A stretch of 64,000 bases of DNA, from assembly GCF_006345805.1 (NCBI RefSeq), contig NC_043011.1, positions 22,952,464 to 23,016,463 of the forward strand, in the 5' to 3' direction. Under the pieces are notes generated by a model. The model searched no databases. It saw nothing but the letters and a program-made list of their open reading frames with translations, and was not told where the DNA came from. The DNA comes from Octopus sinensis (Eukaryota). The position numbers and the translations under genes were made by a program. Shown here in pieces: positions 13,143 to 24,770 of the stretch; position 1 is the stretch's first letter, and each line of letters begins with the position of its first letter.

Positions 13143-13611
13143 GAAGTGTGGTCGCGCATCCGCGCTAGCTAGTCGTGACTAGTCGATCCCACAACGACGA
13201 CCTATCCTATAAAAAAAACCTAATTGTTTAAAAAAAAAAATCCAAGTTATGATAGGGGTACCAAACGTTTATCTAATACAATGCTTTTCAAACTTTTTGC
13301 TGGAGCGGAACCCCAAGGAAACATTCCACTGGCTCGAGGAACCCCTGTGCAATAATTTAATAGTCTTATGCACACATATCTGCACAGGAGAATTAAAAAT
13401 TACTGCCGATTTTAGCAGTTTTGTAACTTCTTGCGGAACCCCTGGGCTGCGCTGGCGGAACCCTGGTTGAAAACCACTGATCTAATAACTTCTAATAACT
13501 TTCAAACGAATTTCTATGAACATTTGTTATAGGATAGGTAGTCGTTGTAGGATCGACTAGTCACGATTAGCTAGCGCGGATGCGCGAGTGCGCGTACCGG
13601 GACCACTCTTC
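13143..13611. mobile_element. TTAA-flanked MITE with GAAG..CTTC termini (Kolobok-like), containing a nested hAT MITE
   Basis: TTAA at 13139-13142 and 13612-13615; ~70-bp imperfect TIRs. Confidence 0.7.
13279..13479. mobile_element. hAT (Charlie-like) MITE, 201 bp
   Basis: CAATG/CAGTG..CACTG termini; perfect 8-bp TSD ATCTAATA (13271-13278, 13480-13487). Confidence 0.9.
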
Positions 13612-13615
13612 TTAA

Positions 13616-13836
13616 CCCTTTCATTACTGTATTTATTTTGAGATGTTCTGTGTTTCTTTCAATTACTTTAAATATAACAAAGACTTTAGTAAAATAACTT
13701 AGTTATCATTCAGCTAGTGTTAGGAACATAAACTGTGACTTAGGTTTGGTGGAAGATTTTAATTCAAAACTTATGAAAACAAGACATTTGTACTACAGAG
13801 CCAGAGCCGGTTTCAGCCGGGTTGGTAATGAAAGGG
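13616..13836. mobile_element. piggyBac-like MITE
   Basis: TTAA|CCCTTTCATTAC ... GTAATGAAAGGG termini; right TTAA absent; related fragment at ~10285-10440. Confidence 0.65.
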
Positions 13837-13837
13837 A

Positions 13838-14472
13838 GTGCCACTAAAGTGTTTGACCCGAGCAAAAAAAAAAACTGTGCAATAGGTGTACAACATGTAG
13901 TAAACGAATATGAAAAAAAAATGCGCGCTGGTGCACGGGGGGGGGGCGGACGAGAGAGAAAACTCGAAAAATTCACATCAGGAATGTTCCGAGTCCTCTC
14001 ATCATTTCTCCGTCCGTCGGCGAAAAATTTTTTTCTTCATATTCGTTTACTACACATTATTTTACACACCTAGTACACTGTTTTTTCAATTTTTGTGACG
14101 AAGGGTGGGTGGGATGCGGACTCAGATAATCCACACGCTCCAGTAATCCAACTTCGACATCCGGTCACAAAAATAAAAAATAAAAAAAAAAATACGCGCT
14201 GGCGAACGGGGGAGGAGAGGATTCGGAAAATTCACAGGATCCGAAAAGTCAACGTTAACACCCAATAAATATATATGGAGAAAAAAATTTCGCCGGCGGA
14301 CGGGGAAGTGGTGAGAAGACTCGGTACATTCCCGATGTGAATTTTCCGAGTCCTTTCCCACGCCCCACCCCTTCGCCAGCGCACATTTTTTTCATATTCG
14401 TTTACTACATGCTGTACACCTATTGCACTATTTTTTTTTCCTTTTGCCCGGGTCAAACACTTTCAGAGGCAC
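13838..14472. mobile_element. Foldback element with long TIRs and internally duplicated TIR modules
   Basis: ~150-bp TIRs (gtgccactaaagtgtttgacccg... / ...cgggtcaaacactttcagaggcac); partial TIR copies recur internally in alternating orientation. Confidence 0.7.
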
Positions 14473-16441
14473 CGTCAACAGCAGAGTTAGATTCTGCCGC
14501 AGACCAACTCTCATCGAACAAGCCTCTGATCAAAGACATTCCATCCGCGACTATTCCATCTTTTCTTCTGGATTACATTACCTGTTGTGTTCTCCCTTTT
14601 CGAAGATGGTAGGTGTGACTCGAGGTTAGATTTGGCTGCTATTTCCAGCAAATCGAGCGACCACACAGTCTCCTACATAGCTGAATAGATTTAAATAAAG
14701 ATCTGTTTGTAAGTAAAGCGGTTGTTTCTATGTTCTGCTATATTCAAGCTCTATATTTTGAATGAGTGTTTGTATGGTATATTCTTTTACACGCAGCACA
14801 CACGCGCATCTAAAACATTGTTTATAATTTACATTAGCTATATACTTAGCGGTGTTTTTCAAGGCAGCATTTATTTTTCATAATCGAGTAATAAAAAATA
14901 CATGAAGATTATTAGACAGATACAATCATATTATTATTATTATTATTATTATTTTTATTCCCTTCTTGTATTGCCCCTGTGCCCCTATGGTAAATAAAAG
15001 AAATTGCTATTATGCAAGTAAGTCATTTCCATTACCAGTTGATAGCAAAACTATTAATTACCGCTATAATTACCATTATTGAAATCACCATTATCACTTT
15101 TATAAAGTAGGAGTAACACTTGTGGTGGTAGTAGTAGTAGTAAACGTAGCAGTAAAGTAGTCAGGATTTCTTAGAGCTAAGATAAAACCAATGCTAGCAA
15201 CAGCAGATAAATTTCTCAAAGCACAACCGATTTTCTCACAAAGTAATTTTTAAAAAAAAGAGAGATTACATAATACTTTTAATTGATAAGACTCACCCCC
15301 CCCCCCGAAAAAGACGAGATGGTCATGCTTTTGGTCATAGGTCTGCCGGGGCAGGATTAATATGGGATTAAACAACAACTACTTTGCTAAAATCGATTCC
15401 CAGGTTGAGTAATTTAAATTTCCGTAGGATTCATACCAATAAGTATCGAATTAAATTCTTGAAAGTTTCATACGAATTTCTAAGAGTCAAAATATATAAT
15501 GTAAATTTAATGTTTAAATGCCATTTGCAAAATTTAAAAGAAAACAAAATTATATCATTCATCCTTTTATTTATTACTTTTTTCGACCCATTGTTTCTAT
15601 TATCCATTGTATTCTCTAGAAGTTAATTACATTAAAACAATTACTTGAAATACATTAAAATAATTATTTAATTGCATTAAAATAATTAGGTGCATAATCT
15701 ACCAAGAAATAGAATTTTCACAGGATCGTGATGTAGCACTCCTTAAGAACTGTCCCACAAATTTGAGAAGAAACAATGATATAGACTAATAGTTGCGCCA
15801 ACAAAGTAGATTATTTTTTAGATCGACATCAGTCCTGATCGAACAAGATCTATTGTAAAAACACTTCCAGTCGTGAGAGTAAATTTGGTAGCAATTTCAT
15901 GCAGATAGACCGATCATGTAGAGGTTCCTTCAATGACTCGGGGGCTATTTGTTAAATTTGTTGGGTTTAGTGATTGTGAAATTCGGCGCCAAAAACCTGA
16001 GATAAAATAACTAAAAACGTTTCGGTCAAGGGCCCTCCCATTACTAGAGAAGAACAAGAGGGGAAAGGAATATATATTTGACTCTAAAAGAAATTTCAAG
16101 GACTCGAAAATTCGTATATCTGAGTATATATAATTCTCTATTGTTTTTTAATCAATTATTTCAGGTAACCCAATTAGGTGATAACTTAAGTCTATTAGAA
16201 ATAGCCATAAAATCCTCGTTTCACACACTGCTGTCTTAATAGGGGACAGTCACATTGCATGTAGTTGTAGATATGTTGTACCCGAAAAATAATAAAGGCG
16301 GGACGGGTCATATTGGAACGCCTTTCATCACTGTTCGCTCGATGAAGGTTCATCTAGAGTTAAACAAACAATGAGTGGCGGAGGGGGGGTAATGCTGAAA
16401 AAATAAAAAAAACAATAAATAAAATCTAATAGGTGACTTAC

Positions 16442-16514
16442 ATTCAACAGCAGAGGCCCATGACAAAATTGATAAAATCAGGGCAAACCTGAAGGAAACC
16501 GTCGACCAGATCAT
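16442..16514 (-). CDS. Transferrin-family gene, exon 1 (signal peptide MIWSTVSFRFALILSILSWASAVE)
   Basis: ATG at 16514-16512, hydrophobic signal peptide ending ASA-VE, GTAAGT donor in phase 1 matching exon 2; TATA and Inr just upstream. Confidence 0.85.
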
Positions 16515-16549
16515 CGTGATATTTTAAGCTGCCAACACTAACAGCAACA

Positions 16550-16585
16550 GACTGAAGATTGCTGAATCTGATTGCTGTTTTTATA
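16550..16585 (-). promoter_or_regulatory. Core promoter of the transferrin-family gene: TATAAAAA (16585-16578) plus Inr TCAGTC (A at 16553)
   Basis: TATA starts 32 nt upstream of the Inr A, which is 39 nt upstream of the ATG. Confidence 0.75.
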
Positions 16586-17049
16586 TGAAGTGCGTTGGAC
16601 CAATTAGATTGCTAGTTTTCATGTAGAGTCAGGGCTACACACGGATACATAATTTTTGTACGCTCTATAATGTACGGAATAGAAAATTTAGATAACTTAA
16701 TATATTTAATCAAAACAGTGGACGCAACATACACCCACACGCATGTATATATATCCTTTTATTCTTTTACTTGTTTCAAGTCATTTGACTGCGGCCATGC
16801 TGAAGCACCGTCTTGAAGGTATTTATTCAAACAAATCAACCCAAGAACTTCTTTTCTTTTTACTTTTTTTTTTTAAAGTCTAGTACTTATTCAATCGGTT
16901 TGTTTTGCCGAACCGCTAAGTCACGAGGACGTAAACACACCAACACCGACAGTCAAGCGGTAATGGGGTGGGGGGGATGACAAAGATAGGCACACATAGA
17001 TATATACATATATACGACGTGCTTCTTTCACTTTCTGTCTACGAAATCC

Positions 17050-17464
17050 AGATCTTTTCGGTTTGAACGGCTGTTTTTTCTAGCGGTGTCATATGAAATT
17101 GTCACCCATAATTATGACCCTAGTATCGATTTATTGCATTTCAATCTGTTTTAGGGTTAGGGGTGGGGGGAAGGGTATCTTTTTTTTCTTCACAAATGTA
17201 AATAAACCCAATCTGTTTCTTAAACGAGGGACATACTCATACGGCACAGAATGTTTTTTTTTACCTCAATAGACGTCATTGATTGGTTGAAATTGCAGAA
17301 ATCGAAGAAAAAAACAACAAATATCTTACAAACTATAGAATTTTCTCAATAAAGACAAGAGAAAAAGATGTTTTATAAACACATTCTACCAGTATACGAA
17401 GTTTAAAATTTTTTAGTTCCGTAGAAATTATTTTAAAAAACTGCCGTTCAAACCGAAAAGATCC
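17050..17464. mobile_element. Merlin-like MITE, copy 2, inserted in a family A SINE
   Basis: 8-bp TSD cgaaatcc/ccaaatcc duplicating SINE consensus sequence. Confidence 0.85.
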
Positions 17465-19099
17465 CCAAATCCACTTACAAGATTAAACTCGGAAACTTGT
17501 GTACCAAGCTTCTTGCCACACAGCCATACCTGCAGCTATTCTTTTATTCTTTTATTTGTTTCAGTCATTTGATTGCGGCCATGCTAGAGCACCGTATTTA
17601 GTCGAACAAATCGACCCCGGACTTATTCTTTGTAAGTCTAGTACCTATTCTATCGGTCTCTATTGCCGAACAGCTAAGTTATGGGGGACATAAACATACC
17701 AACATCGGTTGTCAAGTGTTGGTGAGGGGGACAAATGTATATGTTTGTGTGTCTGCTTTTGTCCCCCACCCCAACCCCACCCACCATCGCTTCGAGATCC
17801 CCACCACCTCGGCCCACATTTCTTTTCCGGAAAAAAGTAACTTGCAGCAGGTTTGGAGATACGTTGAATGCACCTGAAAAAAACTGTGGAAAAAAATTAT
17901 TCCACACCGAGGTACGAAATATTTACTGAAATAGTAAAATCTTGTACCGATTATACCTGTATTTTAATTAATTCAAATTAACGTACCTCATATTGAAAAG
18001 TGGCAAAATGCTTGTCGGTTATCATCTGGGCTAATTTTAGTAACAAATCAAACAGGTAAGATGCATTAAGAATTTCAATTTCAGTGTTTATCCATAAAGT
18101 CATTGCTTTCACACCTGTTAATTAAATTTATGGGCCCATAAAAGTCAAATTTACTCAGCAAGATCAGCTAAAATTACATAACTATAAGCCAGTGGTATAT
18201 GAAGCACCCACTGACAAAATTTTAAATCTGTATGTAAAAAATTTACAAAGTTACAAGCAAATATTGTGGACACCCCTCTTCAAGCTGAATAATTCAAAAT
18301 AACGTGAACATTACATTTGATAGATTAATATGAAAACTAAAGATGTTTTTAGGTATGCTTTTTTTTTACACACAAATAACACAGCTTCGCTAGGTTGAGA
18401 CTATACGCGTGTTACTTTGACATCATCATTCCATAAAATTTGTTTATGGGGAGAAAAATAATGAAAAAAAATGAAATGAGATGTATGAGTGAGAAAGAAA
18501 CGAGGAGGGAGGTTTGAGGATGTGTTAGAAACAACAGCTAGATCTCCCTTAAATCACACAGTTTCCTCTGAAATTATTAACAATTTTTTTAAAAACCGAA
18601 AACCGGGTGTAGTACGTAGTGAAAAAAAAAATGGTCAAAATCGTTTTGGACTGGAGTGGTGGGAGTGAAAAAAAATTTCACAATTTTTTTCTCTTTTTTT
18701 TTTTTATTTTCGTGAAAAGATACCTCCCACCATCCTGGAGACTTTGGTGAAAAACACTGGAAAAATCCCCGTCAAAACGGAGAAATTCCAACTTATGCGA
18801 ACCATCTTATCCGAAACTCCGTTTCCAGAAACTTCCCTCACTTGCCCTCCTTCCAAAAATTTTGCCAACAAATTTCTTTGTAATCGTAATCTACACCGTT
18901 TGAAAGGTATTTGTATAAAATTTCATTAAAAAATACCCATTTTCCAGAAAATTATAAGGGGCAAATATCGGGTCCTGTGAATTTTCCGAAACTAGAAGTT
19001 GAAAATGCACTGAGAATAGTTAAAGTATTTTTTATTAATATATTTAAAGCTTTAACCGGTTTCACAGTTTACACTGATTTTCAAAAATTCATATAGAAA

Positions 19100-20095
19100 G
19101 ATGTGGTTTATGTTGCAGCTGTCTTGCTTCTGACTAGTGTTTGAAGCTTGCCCTATTTTCATAGGGAGTTCATGGCTCAAATTAGTATATGTTTTGAATA
19201 GGATTTGATTGGTAGAGGATAGTTATATGACTGGTCTTAGAAACTTGTGTAGGTTTTCCGCTAAAAAATTCCTAAAATTCCCTCAAATAATTCCACACAC
19301 GAGCTAAATTACCTTCCACAATTCCTACACCAACATTTAAAAAGAGTGGCCGCCCTAATTGCGGCCTTATTGAAGACACTACTTGCAAATTCAAATCAGG
19401 ATGGACTTTCACCGTAAAAAATAGCTTCACATGTTCTTCAAGGAATTTGATATACGCTATCAAATCTCAAAGATGTAATGAAGATTATATAGGTCAAACA
19501 AAGCTTACTCTAAGAAATAGACCATACACTGACAACAAATACGAGACCCCCAGCTCTAGACAGATGCCATTGAGTGGACACGTAGACATATGAGCAAAAA
19601 ATAAGTCCCCCAAATTCCAGGTCTTCCCATTCTACCTTATGTTCTGCGAATACCACAGGTAATGAAAGAATAGCACGGGTAAACAAAGAAAATACTTTCA
19701 TACAAAAGTACAAACCAACTTTAACAGAGTGCATACACAAATAACTATTCACCCACAAAACTAATTCTGCCACTTATCATGAGGAACCTACACAGCTAAC
19801 AACCTAAACTTTAGCCACCGGACTACATATAAACGACTCCGGTCCACTCTCCCACCTGACAGATTACGATTAAACATGTTCACTCAACCATGTCGGCTTT
19901 CTTTTTAGGCGCAAAATATACTGTCACTTGATACTAACACACGGACATATTGGGGAACCAACAAAAATTTCTAAGACCAGTCACTCGACTATCTTCTACC
20001 AATCAAATTCTATTCAAAGCATATACTAATTTGAACCATGAACTCCCTATAAAAACACCAGTCAGAAGCAAGACAGCTGCGACATAAACCACCTC
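19100..20095 (+). mobile_element. Penelope-like element remnant: GIY-YIG endonuclease fragment (19420-19743) between inverted repeats
   Basis: NSFTCSSRNLIYAIKSQRCNEDYIGQT...KYKPTL; ~150-bp inverted arms at 19100-19259 and 19952-20095. Confidence 0.8.
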
Positions 20096-20487
20096 TTGGC
20101 ATTTGAACTGTCTGAAAATCATTGTATTAATAACATTTATTAATAAAAAATATTTTAATTATTCTACTTGATATGATCGGTATTTTAAATAACGATATCC
20201 ATATTTATATAAATTTATATATTTACTCCGTCTATATATTCACTGCGGTGATATTTTGACTATATAGCACGTGGAGTTTACACAGGCAATTTCAAACTAG
20301 TCGTGTGCATACGTGCACATATATGTATGAATACGTGCGTATATGTATGTATTTGCTTTTCATAATATCCTTGCTTTATGTCTATACCATCTTCATATGT
20401 GAAGAGTAACTCAGAAAGGCGTAATGTACACACATATGCATACTCACACTCATACGCACACGCACACACACACAAATCTGTATGTGT

Positions 20488-21778
20488 CAGGGTGGGGAAG
20501 CAAAATTTACAATGAAGTTAAGTTGTTTTTTCTCAGCAGGCACGAAGTCAATTGTTTTGAAACCTAGCATATATTGATGTCATAATCATACCTAACACTA
20601 TTATCCTTACCTTTTCATAAACTTTTGTCCATATGAGTAATCAGGAAAGCAAAGGTCAAAGAGTGTGTGATTTGCTGAATGCACTCGTCACACCAAAGGA
20701 GATTTCAAGAATAGGTGGAGTGTCCACAAAGACTATTTATAATATAAAGAATAGAATGACTATGAGCAAAACTATTACGAAGAAGTTTGGAAGTGGAGGA
20801 ATCAACAAAAAACGTACCAAAGCTTTTATTAAAGCTTTCAAATCCAAAATCCTAAAGGATCCAACCAAATCCATGAGGAAAATGGCAATTGAACTTGAGG
20901 TAGACAACAAGACCATTACAAAATTGCAGTAAAATATGATCTGAGGTTAAAATCTTACACAAGAACATCAAAACACTTGTTGACAACAGCTATGAAGGAA
21001 AAGAGATTGGAAAGGTGCAAGAAAATTATTACATGGCTCAAGAAAAAGTCCTCCATTGTAACGATCTTTTCAGATGAAAAGATCTTCACTGTCGATACTG
21101 TTCTGAACAGCAGAAATGACAGATTTATCGCAAAATCGACTGCTGATGTTAAGGGGCATTCAAAACAAAACAACCTGCTCAAGTTAAGGCTCTTGATGTT
21201 GTGGCTTCCGAAGGAAAGAAAATGCCTATAAAATTCTACAAAGCTGATGAAAAGATCAATGTTAATATTTACTAAAAGACTCTGAGGTGCCAGGTATTGC
21301 CATGGCTTAGAGCAAACTACCCAGATGGTAATTATGTATGGACACAGGATGGTGCTCCAGCCCACATAGCTAGAAAAATACAAGATTTCTGTAAGTCCAG
21401 CTTTAGCAATTTTTTGGAATCATGTTTATGGCCACTTTCTAGCCCAGATCTAAACCCTCTGGATTATGCTATTTGGGGCGTTTTAGAACATGCTACCAAT
21501 AAAATATCACACAGCAATGTCGACTCTCTTAAATATGCTATTAAAGAAGAATGGGGGAAGTTGTCTCCCGAATATTTGAGGAACACTTGTGCAAGTTTCA
21601 GGAAGCGTGTGAAGGCAGTTATTGAGAAAGAAGCAGGACACATAGAATAAAAACATTTTCTATGATGTAAATTTTCTTGTGGCAAATAAATTCTCATGAC
21701 TTTCAATAAACTAATTTGTCATACATTGTCTTTCAATCCCTGCCTCAAAATATTGTAAATGTTGCCCCCCCCACCCTG
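20488..21778 (+). mobile_element. IS630-Tc1-mariner DNA transposon, DD37D (maT-type), full length but with frameshifts and stops
   Basis: TIR CAGGGTGGGG; ORF pieces 20633-21650 with FSDEK, QDGAPAH and SPDLNPLDY; 37 residues between second and third Asp. Confidence 0.92.
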
Positions 21779-21990
21779 TGTGTGTGTGTGTGTGGTATTT
21801 GTGTATGTATGTGTGCAGTGTTTTTGTATTTTCAGAAACAGGAAAATACAAAAAATGGGAAAGTGTGCAGTGAAAAGAAAAGAGGAAATGTGAAGGATTG
21901 TTTGAACATAGGAAGTGAGCAATGTGTTAACAGTGAGGAAAGGAAGGTAATACCGGAAAATAACAAGTTCTGCATATGCATATACATACA

Positions 21991-22021
<31 letters not shown>

Positions 22022-22734
22022 TTGGTGTTAATTTGCTTCAGCTTTATTTTTACATCAATCTTAATCTCATTTCGGCCAGAGTTCTTTCGTCACACTTCTG
22101 TGACCTCATTCAGTGGTACTTTGCTTTCTTCTTTCTTATTTGTGTGTCTCTCCTTACTAACGGTCAGCCATTTGTATTCCTATTGTATGTGTCTTTATTT
22201 GCGCATGCATATACCCCTATGTGTGTCTATGTTTAGTTAGTATTTGTGTGTGAGAAATGCCTGTAATATTTGTATCTCCTGTTTATACACGTTCGTGTAA
22301 TTTGTATTTGTCTATTTTGTTCATGTGTTTACACCTACTTATTATTATTATTTTTTTTGTATTTAATTAATTTAAAAAAAAAAAATTTGTTAATGTATAT
22401 AGTTATTTACTTCCATTTGTTTATCTGTGTATTTTATGATGATTTTAGTTTTGTTTATATTGTTATCAGTTTATGGGGATCTTATTCTGTCATATGCTGT
22501 GGTGTGTTGGGTGTGTGTGCTAGTGTTCCATTCCACACACACACACACACATATATATCCATTGCTGAAGCTTTAAGTGAGATAAGTGGTTAACTGAAAA
22601 TACCAACAGCTACAAGCTCAAATCATAAAAGAACTCTCCACACAACCTCCATCTCGAAAAAATTGATGCGGATATGATTAATTTAATTAGAAACGTTAAA
22701 TTCTCCAAATACAAATCCTCCTTTCAAAAAAAGC

Positions 22735-23950
22735 TATAATGGAAGGCAAGGTTTACGATATCGGGAGAATATCGCCTTCTCCCATTATATCTTGTTCTTC
22801 GTATAGTTCAGGCTCCGGCAGGCGAAGAAAGATGTCTTTAAGTACAAATGTAATTTACAACCGGTTTATTTATAAGTGCCACAGAATAGGTGAAGTGTGT
22901 TGCTCTCAGCAACCATCTCAAGCTGTGTGCCTTGTGTTGTATCTCCGTTAGTGCGGACACATTGCCTCTGGAGGTACAACATGCAGACAGGCCCAGCCAG
23001 TGAAGTGTGCTCAGCAAGCGCTGCTGCGAAGAAGCGGAGAGAATGAATATGTTTCTCTTTGGCCCTTATATACAGTTTGCCATCGCGAGCCTCGTTGTGA
23101 TCTCGCGCATAGCAAATGGATGCAAGTGAGGTCTCGCTCCAGTCTTGGAGATGGCAATGGCTGCCGCGAGATTTCATCCAATATGACGCTGACTGCTTGT
23201 GCCGCTACAAGGACTCCCCGCTGAATGCGGCAGTGCGAAAACAGAACAATTGGAGCAGGCACAAGAAATAGCAAAGATGGTAACTGATCGAAACCAACAA
23301 GATATCGTACAAAAACGTGACAAGTCAAATAGAAAAATAATTGCAAGAAATATAAATTGGCATGCACAAAATTTGACAAAATGTTACATGGCAGAGTATT
23401 GGAACTGTTCAATAACACAAGAAAGCAATTGTCTGTCACAGGAAACACAAAAGAGATTGTCAGATATAAATAGTTTTAGAGAGTTTTTTAGGCCAATGCA
23501 CAGTGCGGCCAGTCCTGGTGACATAGGGTTTGTTCTGTTATGCAGTGGCGACGAAGGTGTAGGTGATGGTGATGGTGTGGTCAAAGGTGCATGTGCAGGT
23601 GGATGTGTAGGTGGTTGTAAAGGATCAAAAGTGGGCGTGTTTGGGGTGTCATTGAAGGGTGTGGACACCTCAAAATATGCTCTATTAAGTTTGTCGACCG
23701 ACACGGTCTCTGCCCGACCATTAATGTCGAGACTAAAACTTTTGGGTGTGTGCGATAGAACACGAAATGGTCCCTTATAAGGAGAAACGAGAGGTCCTCT
23801 GACAGAATCATCCCGAACAAAAACATGAATCCATTTATCAATATCCGGAGGGACGTGAGAGGGAATAGTGTGAAAGTGGACAAAAGCCCCATGCTTATAT
23901 TTTTCGGGGTTTTTTCCCCACATTTCTTGACGCCTAACCTGGTCAAAACT
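22735..23950 (-). mobile_element. Gypsy retrotransposon 3' remnant: integrase C-terminus, PPT (23211-23224), 3' LTR (23209 to ~22735)
   Basis: VFVRDDSVRGPLVSPYKGPFRVL...VSVDKL GPY/F motif; ttcagcggggagtcct followed by TGTAGCGG on the minus strand; LTR matches 30173-31050. Confidence 0.85.
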
Positions 23951-24069
23951 TCTGATATATTTCGTTTTTATTTTCATTTTACTTGCTGGGGCATCACCTC
24001 GAAGAATTTTTAGTCGAATGTATCGACTCCAATATTTTTTTGTAGGATTTTCAACAAGCACATAGTTAA

Positions 24070-24770
24070 GCCTAAAAGGTCTTTCTACATGCTAGAGATA
24101 ACAGCCAAATCTTTAAACTTTATTTTTATATAATTTCAAATAAACATCGACCACGAGGCTGACAGTGTGTCTTCTCAACAATTCGATGATTTCGTTTTGC
24201 ATTACTACTGAGGTGTAGCTCGCATTTTTGGAATTGTGCTCTAACATTCCATTAGCTTTGAGTCCTTCCCTAATGTGTACTGGAATAATTTTATAAAAAG
24301 ACTTCCGAATAAAGATCCTGAAAAGCTTCATTTTCGTTTCCTCGAAAAGGCAATTCGTTTGCACAAAAAAAAAAATGAACAATATCAACAATGGAACTGA
24401 TATAATAACGGTTTTTGCTCAACTGGTCATTTTGCAAGATTGAAGACACGGATGTTGTGGATAAACGCTGTTGGCGTTCCTTCCATGTTACCATAGCTTG
24501 GATATGGGATGCAGAGTTTGCGTGCTTATTTAAACCTTTGTTTGTTTTTTTTCTTTTACATGATGCCAATTAGAATATCCATTTTTAATAAAACAAGTAT
24601 CAGCTTGAGCAGAAGTATTAAGGTGCCGACAAGCAAAACAAAACAAGGCTATCTTTGAAAGAGAATACTCTAACCATAAACGACCAGTATACCAGCTTGA
24701 CGAGAAGTCACATCTCTGATTTCCATAAATTTTGGGATCAAACTTTGCTAGAACTAGCTGCACTGGTTGG
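24070..24770 (-). mobile_element. hAT transposase remnant (TTF-type Zn finger / DUF4371-like)
   Basis: FSSSWY...WLEYSLSKIALFCFAC; SHIQAM..W; ELPFRG; YTSVVMQNEII in broken frames. Confidence 0.75.

Noticed and set aside
16525-16550. Hairpin with AGUG loop in the transferrin 5' UTR, possible iron-responsive element
   Set aside because: Loop is not CAGUGN and there is no 5-bp upper stem with a bulged C
23199-23780. 193-aa plus-strand ORF
   Set aside because: Antisense shadow of the Gypsy integrase and 3' UTR, with no recognisable motif
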